A stretch of DNA of 64,000 nucleotides from IMG/VR virus record IMGVR_UViG_3300045988_142974, positions 108,868 to 172,867 of that record, one strand, 5' to 3'. Origin of the DNA: a virus. The notes under the pieces are model-generated. The model ran no database searches, was not told where the DNA came from, and worked only from the letters and a program-made list of their open reading frames with translations. This document shows, piece by piece, positions 9,440 to 17,540 of the stretch; position 1 is the stretch's first letter, and each line of letters begins with the position of its first letter. A program made the translations under genes and the position numbers.

Positions 9440-10180
9440 ATGTACGAAAAATTAAAAGAATATATAAAAGAATCAAATAATATTGTATTCTTTGGTGGAG
9501 CAGGTGTATCAACTGAAAGTGGTATTCCTGATTTTCGTTCCAAGGATGGATTATATAATCAGCATGACGTTCAGTTTGATAAATACGAACCAGAATATCT
9601 TTTGAGTAGAGAATGTTTATATAATAATCCAAAGATATTTTATGAGTTCTATCGTCAGAAGATGGATACAAGAAATGTTGAACCAAACGTTACTCATAAG
9701 GTGCTTGCTAAGATGGAAGAAATAGGTAAGTTGAAAGCTATTGTAACACAGAATATTGATGGACTTCATCAGAAAGCTGGAAGTAAGAATGTCTTTGAGA
9801 TTCATGGAACTACTCAGAAGAATTATTGTAGTAAGTGTAAGATGAAATATCATTCTGATTTCTTGTTTAACACTAAAGATGCTATTCCAAAGTGTGAATG
9901 TGGTGGGCTGATTAGACCTGATGTGACTTTATACGGAGAGAATCTTCCTAACGAAGCTGTAAATGGAGCAATCAGAGCTATTCGAGATGCTGAAATGTTG
10001 ATTATTGGTGGCACTTCATTAAAAGTTTATCCAGCAGCTCATTATATTTCATATTTTAGTGGTAGACATTTGGTTGTTATCAATATGGAGAAAATTCAAG
10101 TGTTGTTGAATGAGGATACAGATCTGATGATTGTTGATTCGTTAGGTAATGTGTTCAGTGAAATTGATAAATGGATGTGA
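9440..10180 (+). CDS. NAD+-dependent protein deacylase, Sir2 family (canonical sirtuin)
   Basis: FFGGAGVSTESGIPDFRS, TQNIDGLH, catalytic EIHG, Zn ribbon CSKC...CECG. Confidence 0.9.
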   Translation: MYEKLKEYIKESNNIVFFGGAGVSTESGIPDFRSKDGLYNQHDVQFDKYEPEYLLSRECLYNNPKIFYEFYRQKMDTRNVEPNVTHKVLAKMEEIGKLKAIVTQNIDGLHQKAGSKNVFEIHGTTQKNYCSKCKMKYHSDFLFNTKDAIPKCECGGLIRPDVTLYGENLPNEAVNGAIRAIRDAEMLIIGGTSLKVYPAAHYISYFSGRHLVVINMEKIQVLLNEDTDLMIVDSLGNVFSEIDKWM

Positions 10181-10193
10181 GGTGAGAGAATAA

Positions 10194-10400
10194 TTGGAAT
10201 GGATTAAATGTGTCGAAGGACAAATGCCAGAAGACGACAAAAGATATGACGGTAAGAAAGTAATTAATGTACTTGTTACTACAAATCGAGGTATGGTAAC
10301 AAAAGTACAAAGGCAATACTATGATGGGACATGGTTTTGGGGAAGAATTACTGGCGGTATGAGAGCTTGGATGCCGTTGCCTGAACCATACAAAGAATAA
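10194..10400 (+). CDS. DUF551-like phage protein
   Basis: WIKC..QMPEDD...VLVTT...WMPLPEPYK pattern typical of DUF551; TTG start. Confidence 0.55.
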   Translation: MEWIKCVEGQMPEDDKRYDGKKVINVLVTTNRGMVTKVQRQYYDGTWFWGRITGGMRAWMPLPEPYKE

Positions 10401-10414
10401 GTGGGGGTTGAAGA

Positions 10415-10870
10415 GTGAAATTAAAGGATAAAATACGAGATAAATTACGTCTTTGGCTGTTAGAAGACGATTTGTTTCAAGTGGAAACAGCTAAAAAATC
10501 ATATAAGGATGCAATAGAAAAATGCAAAGATGCAGAGGATAAATATAGATACACCAATATTCAATTATCTGATGCAGCTATTACATATAAAAATTCTCAT
10601 AAATTAGTTGATGATTGTCATAAAATGATGAATTCTATGGTAGACGTTGGAACTGATGTTGGGTTTTATTCTGATGATCATTCTTGGGCAGTTGTGTGTA
10701 TCAAGGGGCATCCTGAATATGTGAAGCTTATCCCATTATCACATAGAGATGCACATGAGGTACTTGAGTTTCTAAAACATTTCAAATATTCAGATAGAGT
10801 AATTGATTCCCCTTTTGCATTTAGAGATATGGTTAATAATTGTATCATGGATAAGCCATTTGAAAAGTAG
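10415..10870 (+). CDS. hypothetical protein
   Basis: GTG after GTGGGGG SD-like; 151 aa; no motif recognised. Confidence 0.5.
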   Translation: MKLKDKIRDKLRLWLLEDDLFQVETAKKSYKDAIEKCKDAEDKYRYTNIQLSDAAITYKNSHKLVDDCHKMMNSMVDVGTDVGFYSDDHSWAVVCIKGHPEYVKLIPLSHRDAHEVLEFLKHFKYSDRVIDSPFAFRDMVNNCIMDKPFEK

Positions 10871-10935
10871 AGAATAATCTAATATAGAAGCAATTCTATT
10901 CACGGCTGATCAGCCAAATTAAGTGAGGTGATAAA

Positions 10936-11235
10936 GTGAAAAAATATTGGGAAACAGGTGAAAAGAATGATTTTGGTAAGGAATGTTATAAATTACATTT
11001 TAGTCAATTTTATGAAGAAGATGATGAAAATGTAGTAGCTGGTTTTGTACAAGATGAGATAGACGAAAACATATTTATATATGTATCAAAAGAACTAAAT
11101 GTTGAATATGATACATTGTTTGCAGACAATATAGAAGATGCAAAGCATCAAATTGAAGACATGTTAATAGACCATTGGAATGATGAGATTGATTATTTAG
11201 AAAATCGAATTAAATCATTTCAAAACGAAGAATAA
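10936..11235 (+). CDS. hypothetical acidic protein
   Basis: GTG 4 nt after GAGGTGA; 99 aa. Confidence 0.5.
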   Translation: MKKYWETGEKNDFGKECYKLHFSQFYEEDDENVVAGFVQDEIDENIFIYVSKELNVEYDTLFADNIEDAKHQIEDMLIDHWNDEIDYLENRIKSFQNEE

Positions 11236-11256
11236 TCATGTATAAAAATTTCTATC

Positions 11257-11428
11257 TTGGCGATTCAGCCAAATTTTCCAAATAAAAGTAACAAGAAATA
11301 TTTTTTCCTATGGTTTTAGCAGACGTGCAAATTCCATAGGATTTTACAACAAAATAATTAAGAAGAAAGGAATTAAGCAGTAACTCCTGGGTAATTATGG
11401 TTACGTAACCTCTGTAAAATAGTGTATT
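11257..11428 (+). promoter_or_regulatory. structured leader, copy A (homologous to 26049-26207)
   Basis: Hairpin TTGGC-gattca-GCCAA (11257-11272), GTAACAAG box, hairpin 11306-13/11334-41, AGAAAGG box, 12-bp palindrome GGTTACGTAACC (11399-11410). Confidence 0.55.
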
Positions 11429-12352
11429 TTGACAGAGAATAATGAAAAAAATAATTCTCAAGGGCTACGAGTATTAAGTTTATGTGGTGGCGTTGAAACA
11501 GGATTGTATGCGTTACAGAAGCTCGGAATACCTATAAGAGAATATCATACATATGAAATTTTGCCAGAAGCCATAGCAGTTTCTCAGTACCATTTTCCGT
11601 TTGTGGTACATCATGGCGATTTATATGAAGCGGATTTTGAAGAGTTTAAAGGATTTGATTTACTGTTGGCAGGAACTTGTTGCCAGTCACTTTCAAGAGT
11701 GCGAATTGAAAGTAAAGAGGTCAATAATGGTCTTGATGGTAAGTCAGGAATTTTCTTTAAAGCAATTGAGTGTCTTAGGGCAATTCAGCCCAAATATTTC
11801 ATGTTTGAAAATGTAATACCAAGTAGTGACGAAGATCTGAAGACAATGACAGAATGCATTGGTGTAGAACCTATTTTGATTAATTCAGGAAAATTTTCTG
11901 CGCAGAGTCGTGAAAGATATTATTGGACAAACATACCATTAGGTAAATTACCTGATAAATCTCCATTAGTTTTAAAAGATATTATGGAGAATAGTGTAGA
12001 TGAGAAATATTTCTATAAGAAAGATTTTGAAATCTTGGATATGAGTAAACGTGTATGTGCAGAGTTAAAAGTTAATTCTATGGAAATGAATAGAAGAATT
12101 TATAATCCAGATTTTAAGTGCTGCACATTAACTTGTATAAATGGTGGATATCATGAAAAGAAAGTATTAGATAGTAGCAGACCACGAAAACTTACAGAAG
12201 TTGAATATGAAAGATTACAGGGATTACCTGATAATTTTACAAAAGTTCAGCTTAATGGTCGTTGGTTATCATACTCAAAAAGATGTAGTTTGATGGGCAA
12301 TGGATGGAATGAATCTACTGTTGAATGGATCTTGAGTGGGTTAAGAGAATAA
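11429..12352 (+). CDS. DNA (cytosine-5)-methyltransferase
   Basis: LSLCGGVETG (motif I), GTCCQSLS (catalytic Cys), MFENV, QSRERYYW, GNGW. Only in-frame start is TTG 11429 with no SD. Confidence 0.85.
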   Translation: MTENNEKNNSQGLRVLSLCGGVETGLYALQKLGIPIREYHTYEILPEAIAVSQYHFPFVVHHGDLYEADFEEFKGFDLLLAGTCCQSLSRVRIESKEVNNGLDGKSGIFFKAIECLRAIQPKYFMFENVIPSSDEDLKTMTECIGVEPILINSGKFSAQSRERYYWTNIPLGKLPDKSPLVLKDIMENSVDEKYFYKKDFEILDMSKRVCAELKVNSMEMNRRIYNPDFKCCTLTCINGGYHEKKVLDSSRPRKLTEVEYERLQGLPDNFTKVQLNGRWLSYSKRCSLMGNGWNESTVEWILSGLRE

Positions 12353-12366
12353 CATAATATGAAGTT

Positions 12367-12390
12367 CGCAGGAAAGCGGAATTTCTTGTG
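12367..12390 (+). promoter_or_regulatory. dyad motif copy (consensus CACAAGAAA-N6-TTTCTTGTG)
   Basis: cgcaggaaa gcggaa tttcttgtg; 16 nt upstream of ATG 12406. Confidence 0.6.
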
Positions 12391-12405
12391 ATGAAAGGAG
12401 AAAAT

Positions 12406-13128
12406 ATGTATCCAGAATACGATGATTTTTATGAGCCAAGTGAGGGCGAAATGTTTTTTGATGAAATGAAAGAAAAGTTCAGAGAGATTTTACGTGAAGA
12501 TGTAAATTCTGAAATCAGTAGATTAACAAAAGAAAATGCAGAATTAGGACAAAAGGTTAAAGAGTATAATGATAAAAATTTAAATCTTTCTTGTAGAGAA
12601 AGAGATTTGCAGTACAAGATTGACAATTACAAGCGAGAGGTAGAGAAAGACTTTTACAATAAAACAATGGAAGAAGTTTTTGAGAAACTTTTAGAAGACT
12701 CAGAAGTGTGGTATGCAGAACGTGTTCCTCATGAGAAACCAAAATGTAATTTATGTAATGAGGAAAGAAAACTTATTGCAGTATATCCAAATGGTGAAAC
12801 TGTAACCAAGGAGTGTGAATGTTCTCGACCAGCATATATTTATGAGCCAGTAATTTCATTGAATAAAGAGATTAAATTTCATAAGGCGTATAAGCCAAGA
12901 TATAGTGATAAAAAGAAAGTCTATTTTACTAAAAATTACAAACCAAACAAGGATTATGCAGATGCATACGATTATTACAGTGAATTCAGAATAGAAAATA
13001 TTTTTGATGATTTTAATGATGATGTAATTCTATATCACAATGGAAAAAGCTATGGAGAAAAAATTGCATTCAGAAGTAAAGATGCTTGTCAGAAATATTG
13101 TGATTGGCTTAATAAGGAGAATAAGTAA
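12406..13128 (+). CDS. hypothetical protein (coiled coil plus Cys-rich region)
   Basis: ATG 12406 after AAAGGAG; track start 12388 lies inside the dyad motif. Confidence 0.55.
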   Translation: MYPEYDDFYEPSEGEMFFDEMKEKFREILREDVNSEISRLTKENAELGQKVKEYNDKNLNLSCRERDLQYKIDNYKREVEKDFYNKTMEEVFEKLLEDSEVWYAERVPHEKPKCNLCNEERKLIAVYPNGETVTKECECSRPAYIYEPVISLNKEIKFHKAYKPRYSDKKKVYFTKNYKPNKDYADAYDYYSEFRIENIFDDFNDDVILYHNGKSYGEKIAFRSKDACQKYCDWLNKENK

Positions 13129-13620
13129 ATGATAGTTGGTGTAAAAATATGTGAAGCGAAAGATACAATTAAGAAATATGAAGACCTTGGGTATAAGTTT
13201 GTTAGTGAAGAAAATGTAGGTGAAGGATATTTAAAACTTATATTCAGAGGTTCAATTGTTCCAGAAGAGAATAATATAACAGATATTCAATTCCATGAGG
13301 GCGATTTTATAGAAAATAAGGATGGGAAAATTGGATATATTTCATCCATTTGTCATTGTGATGAGTGTAAAAAACGTGGATTTTTTGAACCAACTATTAC
13401 ATATCTTGATGGAACACCAGATTACATTAGCAATTATTCTGTTAAAACTATTTCGTCTGATTATAAACAGATTGGGATTCAGAAGTTTTCAACAGAAGAT
13501 ATATTGAGAAATAAAATAGCTGCACTTGAGAAAGAGAATAAAGAATTAAAGGAAAAAGTAAATTATTTTATTAATAGAAACGAACTATTAAGGTTGTATA
13601 TAGGAAGGAATGATAAGTAA
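13129..13620 (+). CDS. hypothetical protein
   Basis: ATG abuts upstream stop, GGAGAATAAGTAAATG junction. Confidence 0.55.
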   Translation: MIVGVKICEAKDTIKKYEDLGYKFVSEENVGEGYLKLIFRGSIVPEENNITDIQFHEGDFIENKDGKIGYISSICHCDECKKRGFFEPTITYLDGTPDYISNYSVKTISSDYKQIGIQKFSTEDILRNKIAALEKENKELKEKVNYFINRNELLRLYIGRNDK

Positions 13621-14403
13621 ATGGCATATATAAAACAATATTGGCAGAATAAAGAACAAAGAGCGACAATTGCTCGTGAACACACAAAAGAGATGCGGAA
13701 TAAATATGGTCGTTGTATTCAAACTTCAATTTTGGGTACAAAAATTTATGATACAAATTCATTTAATAGGGATTTTGAAGAGAATATCGAAGATAAAGAT
13801 ACCAAGATTATTGTAGAGGATATTGATAGTGTAGGTGCTGTAATGAAATACGGCAATCCAAGTACAGCAGTTCTTAATTTTTCTTCATATAAAAATCCAG
13901 GTGGAATGTTTTTAAATGGTAGTAAGGCACAGGAAGAGTGCTTATGTCACGAATCATTCTTATACAATGTGTTGAGTCAGTTTGTATTAAAGTTTTATGA
14001 TTGGAATAATCGACATAAGAATAAGGCTTTATATTTGAATAGAGGATTATTTTCTCCCGGTGTTTGGTTCTTTAGAGAGAATAGCCATGTAGAGTGTAGT
14101 GTTATTACTTGTGCTGCTCCAAATAAGTCGGCTGCTCAGAAATATCAGAACGTGTCAGACGAAGAGAATACTAAAGCATTAAGAAGTCGAATTAAATTTG
14201 TTCTTAATATGGCGAAAGACAACAATGTGAGCACTCTTATTTTAGGAGCTTATGGATGTGGAGTATTTGGGCAAGACGCAACAGAAGTAGCGAATATATT
14301 TAAAGAATATTTAACTACTACTCATAAATGCTTCGATACTGTTGTATTTGCTGTTCCAAATGGCAGAGATGGTAACTATGAGAAGTTTGTAAAAGTATTT
14401 TAA
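13621..14403 (+). CDS. PARG-like macrodomain protein (TIGR02452-type)
   Basis: VLNFSSYKNPGGMFLNGSKAQEECLCHESFLY, ITCAAPN, LILGAYGCGVFGQD match my recollection of the TIGR02452 macrodomain family. Confidence 0.75.
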   Translation: MAYIKQYWQNKEQRATIAREHTKEMRNKYGRCIQTSILGTKIYDTNSFNRDFEENIEDKDTKIIVEDIDSVGAVMKYGNPSTAVLNFSSYKNPGGMFLNGSKAQEECLCHESFLYNVLSQFVLKFYDWNNRHKNKALYLNRGLFSPGVWFFRENSHVECSVITCAAPNKSAAQKYQNVSDEENTKALRSRIKFVLNMAKDNNVSTLILGAYGCGVFGQDATEVANIFKEYLTTTHKCFDTVVFAVPNGRDGNYEKFVKVF

Positions 14404-14420
14404 TAAAGGAGGACGAATAA

Positions 14421-14666
14421 ATGAGTATATGGATAAGTACAAAGGATCAAATGCCACCAATAAACGAGGAAGTTTTAATTTTATACAAAGATAAAAAAGA
14501 TGAACTAAAAGAAGAAAATTTATTTTACAGTGTTGCAAGTTGGATTAAAGATTCCAATTTTGGGTTTGAGAGATGGTCATATTTTATTGAGTATTCGGGG
14601 TATTACGAGGTAGTATATTGGACACCACTTGTAGATATGCCAAGAATAAAGACACAGGAAACATAG
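14421..14666 (+). CDS. DUF551-like phage protein
   Basis: WISTKDQMPPINEEVLIL ... VYWTPLVDMP; AAGGAGG SD. Confidence 0.5.
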   Translation: MSIWISTKDQMPPINEEVLILYKDKKDELKEENLFYSVASWIKDSNFGFERWSYFIEYSGYYEVVYWTPLVDMPRIKTQET

Positions 14667-14676
14667 ATTTCTTGAG
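14653..14676 (+). promoter_or_regulatory. dyad motif copy
   Basis: cacaggaaa cataga tttcttgag; 18 nt upstream of ATG 14694. Confidence 0.6.
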
Positions 14677-14693
14677 GAGTTTAGGAGGGTTTT

Positions 14694-14843
14694 ATGAGAA
14701 TATATACTGAAATGGAATGCGATATTGGTTGTGAAGATGGATATTTTTGCGAATATTACAATGAAGAAACCAAAAGTTGTAATTATCCAAATGTTTGTAA
14801 TGTTTATAAAGAAAATAAAAAGAAACATTGGTGGCAGAAATAA
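14694..14843 (+). CDS. 49-aa Cys-rich mini-protein (not in ORF track)
   Basis: AGGAGGG SD 6 nt upstream; MRIYTEMECDIGCEDGYFCEYYNEETKSCNYPNVCNVYKENKKKHWWQK; fills the gap between flanking genes. Confidence 0.45.
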   Translation: MRIYTEMECDIGCEDGYFCEYYNEETKSCNYPNVCNVYKENKKKHWWQK

Positions 14844-14874
14844 TAGAGAATAATATAACAAGAGGTGTAAATAA

Positions 14875-15288
14875 ATGCAGAATATTAGTATTAAAGGAGT
14901 TTGCGATTGTGTAGACTTAGACAGAAATATCAAATTGACAAATGGTGCAGTCGTAGTGCAGAAAGAAAATAACAATGTAATAGGTGTTTATTTAGTGATT
15001 TCGTTCAGAGATAATAAAAACAAATATGGTAGTGATAGTACATCAACATATTGTAGTTTGGTAAATCTCGACAATGGGCAATTAGCTTTTGAAGAAAGAT
15101 GTAGTCGTGCTACAACAGAGAGACGTGTTCTTAGACATCTAACAAGAGCAGGTTTTAGTTATCCTTATGATCCAAATTCTCATGAGCAGGATAGTAGGTT
15201 TTATAATATGAGAATTCAGGTTTATAACAATGGAAATTACAAAATAAATCTTGAACTTGGTGATGAATATATTATGTATGGTAGATAG
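14875..15288 (+). CDS. hypothetical protein
   Basis: AGAGGTG SD; 137 aa. Confidence 0.55.
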   Translation: MQNISIKGVCDCVDLDRNIKLTNGAVVVQKENNNVIGVYLVISFRDNKNKYGSDSTSTYCSLVNLDNGQLAFEERCSRATTERRVLRHLTRAGFSYPYDPNSHEQDSRFYNMRIQVYNNGNYKINLELGDEYIMYGR

Positions 15289-15302
15289 GAGGAATAAACC
15301 AT

Positions 15303-15593
15303 ATGAAGAAGAAAATTTTAGCAGTTGCATTAGGATTAACATTGTGTTTTGGAATGACTGGATGCACTGCAAGCGATGATTTGGCAGCCTCTAATATTCC
15401 AAATGAACAACAGTCTAAATGTGAACATGAATACAAAGAAATTGATTGGCATGTTCAGTCATATTCGGACGGTAGTAATGTTGGTTATGATATTTATTGC
15501 CCTAAATGTGAATATGAAATAAATGTTAGTTATAAAGAGTGGAATAAAATTCAAGCAGATATGGAATATAAGAAGGAAAATAAAGCACAGTAA
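15303..15593 (+). CDS. lipoprotein
   Basis: MKKKILAVALGLTLCFGMTGC signal peptide with lipobox; two CxxC pairs. Confidence 0.65.
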   Translation: MKKKILAVALGLTLCFGMTGCTASDDLAASNIPNEQQSKCEHEYKEIDWHVQSYSDGSNVGYDIYCPKCEYEINVSYKEWNKIQADMEYKKENKAQ

Positions 15594-15609
15594 ACCGAAG
15601 TTTCTTTTG
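15586..15609 (+). promoter_or_regulatory. dyad motif copy
   Basis: cacagtaaa ccgaag tttcttttg; left half contains the stop codon of 15303-15593. Confidence 0.6.
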
Positions 15610-15667
15610 AATTTTCAAGGGCAAGTCGCTCAAAAATCCAAGTAAAAGAGAATATTACAAAGAAAGG

Positions 15668-15716
15668 ATAATTAGTAGCTGGCTTTAAAGGTTGCAACCG
15701 CTTTGGTACTAATTAT
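15668..15716 (+). promoter_or_regulatory. leader hairpin enclosing palindrome GGTTGCAACC (15690-15699)
   Basis: 10-bp stem ATAATTAGTA / TACTAATTAT; 3' arm reaches first base of TTG start 15716. Confidence 0.6.
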
Positions 15717-16522
15717 TGAAACTACAAAATGATAAGTATTACACACCAATAGAATTGGCGAATTACTGTTGGGATAAGGTTTTTGAAGTTGTTGGCGAAG
15801 AAAATATATCAGAGATTATTGAGCCTAGTGTTGGGAATGGCAGTTTTCTTCATCATGCAGAGCAACTACCACATTTTGCGTATGATATTGAACCTGAGTG
15901 CGAATCTAATTTTACTCATATCTTTAAGCAGGATTATTTAAGTGCTGATATAAAGTATCTTTGGGGAAGGCTGATAATAGGAAATCCACCATACGGAAGA
16001 TGTTTAAATATGGCACAGAAATTTTTTAAGAAGTCAGTTGAAATTGCAGATACAATTGCATTTATTCTTCCTATAAGTCAATTGAATAACACAAGGTCAA
16101 TGTATGAGTTTGATTTGGTATATAGTGAAGATTTAGGTATCCAGCATTATACAGATAGAGATTTACATTGTTGCTTTAATATTTATCGCAGACCTGATAG
16201 TGGAGAATTAAATAGTAAACCAGTCGCAAAATTAAAGGATGTCACTATATATCGGCAGGATAGCAAGGGATATAACGAGAAAGATTTTGATGTTCGTATG
16301 TGCTATTGGGGTGATGGATCTGCTGGAAAGATATTAAAGGATGATGAACATTATTCGGCAGAATATAAAATCAAGATAAATAATGAAGAATTAAAAGAAG
16401 ATATTATTGAAGTGCTTACTACATTTGATTGGAAGGAATATCTAAATTGTATTGCAATGAGAAAAATACAACAATTTCACATTGTCGATGTCTTAAAGAA
16501 GAATATCAAAGGAATTAAATAA
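15716..16522 (+). CDS. N6-adenine DNA methyltransferase (gamma-type, NPPY)
   Basis: DKYYTP, EPSVGNGSF (motif I), IIGNPPYG (motif IV); TTG start, no SD. Confidence 0.8.
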   Translation: MKLQNDKYYTPIELANYCWDKVFEVVGEENISEIIEPSVGNGSFLHHAEQLPHFAYDIEPECESNFTHIFKQDYLSADIKYLWGRLIIGNPPYGRCLNMAQKFFKKSVEIADTIAFILPISQLNNTRSMYEFDLVYSEDLGIQHYTDRDLHCCFNIYRRPDSGELNSKPVAKLKDVTIYRQDSKGYNEKDFDVRMCYWGDGSAGKILKDDEHYSAEYKIKINNEELKEDIIEVLTTFDWKEYLNCIAMRKIQQFHIVDVLKKNIKGIK

Positions 16523-16541
16523 GAGAATAATACATTGAAAG

Positions 16542-16581
16542 GAGCAAGAGATTTGCTGCAGCGTTAAATCTGGATTTGCTC
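16542..16581 (+). promoter_or_regulatory. leader hairpin with apex palindrome GCTGCAGC (16555-16562)
   Basis: Nested stems GAGCAA/TTGCTC and AGATTT/AAATCT; 5' arm overlaps the only GGAG (16541-44). Confidence 0.6.
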
Positions 16582-16591
16582 TGAGTAAGAA

Positions 16592-17467
16592 ATGTTAGAG
16601 ATTAACAAAATATACAACGAAGATTGCTTTGAAGGTATGAAAAAGATTGATGATAAGTCAATAGATTTTATTTTTACGGATCTTCCTTATAATACGACTA
16701 ATAATTCTTGGGAATGTGAAATGCCGTTAAATGATTATGTCGAGTTATCAGGTCAATATTTTTATGAAACAGATTTATTCAAGTTAGCTCAAGTAACAAA
16801 TAGCAGTCTCGAATATACAAGAGATTGGTTCTACGAGAATAAGAAAGATGGCTTATGGAATCATTACAATCGAATCATCAAAGATAACGGTTGTATTGCA
16901 CTATGGGCGCAGTCACCTTTTGATAAGAAACTCGCTTGTAGTAATGAAAAGCTATATCGCTATGAATGGATTATCGAAAAAACCAAAGCAACTGGTCATC
17001 TAAATGCAAAGAAAATGCCTATGAAGGCACACGAAAATGTCTTAATTTTCTATAAGAAACTCCCTACTTACAATCCACAAATGACAGAAGGACATACACC
17101 TGTTCATTCTTATACAAAACATACAACAGATGGTAGCTGTTATGGTGCTACAAAGACTGGTATTTCAGGTGGTGGTAGTACACAAAGATACCCAAGAGAT
17201 GTTCAGCAGTTCAAGTGGGACACTCAGAAAAGTAGCTTACATCAATGTCAAAAGCCTGTTGAAGCGTGTGAGTATTTTATTAAAACCTATACTAATCCAG
17301 GAGATTTAGTTCTTGATTCGTGTGCAGGAAGTTGTACCACTGCAGTTGCAGCTTTGAATACAGGTAGAAATTACATATGTTTTGAGAAGGACAAGGATAT
17401 TTTTGAGGTTGGAAGTAAGAGAGTAGCTGAATATGCTAATCAGGATTTATTGATAAGTGCAACTTAA
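16592..17467 (+). CDS. DNA methyltransferase, N4/N6 beta class
   Basis: FTDLPYN (DPPY-type motif IV) N-terminal, DSCAGSCTTAVAA (motif I) C-terminal. Confidence 0.85.
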   Translation: MLEINKIYNEDCFEGMKKIDDKSIDFIFTDLPYNTTNNSWECEMPLNDYVELSGQYFYETDLFKLAQVTNSSLEYTRDWFYENKKDGLWNHYNRIIKDNGCIALWAQSPFDKKLACSNEKLYRYEWIIEKTKATGHLNAKKMPMKAHENVLIFYKKLPTYNPQMTEGHTPVHSYTKHTTDGSCYGATKTGISGGGSTQRYPRDVQQFKWDTQKSSLHQCQKPVEACEYFIKTYTNPGDLVLDSCAGSCTTAVAALNTGRNYICFEKDKDIFEVGSKRVAEYANQDLLISAT

Positions 17468-17490
17468 TTAAGAGAATAAGAACAATGAAA

Positions 17491-17531
17491 GGAGACGAGG
17501 TTCGTGTACACAAGAAGGAATTCCTTACTCC
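17491..17531 (+). promoter_or_regulatory. leader: GGAG / CTCC pairing enclosing palindromes GTGTACAC and AAGGAATTCCTT
   Basis: GGAG 17491-94, CTCC 17528-31; palindromes 17504-17511 and 17515-17526. Confidence 0.55.
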
Positions 17532-17540
17532 AAGTAATTT

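Noticed and set aside
9440-10180. Sir2 gene as a defence-type SIR2 NADase effector (Thoeris/DSR-like)
   Set aside because: It has the full canonical sirtuin layout, including the catalytic His and the Zn-ribbon cysteines. It is about 245 aa and lies in an operon with RNA-repair genes. No associated sensor domain is present.
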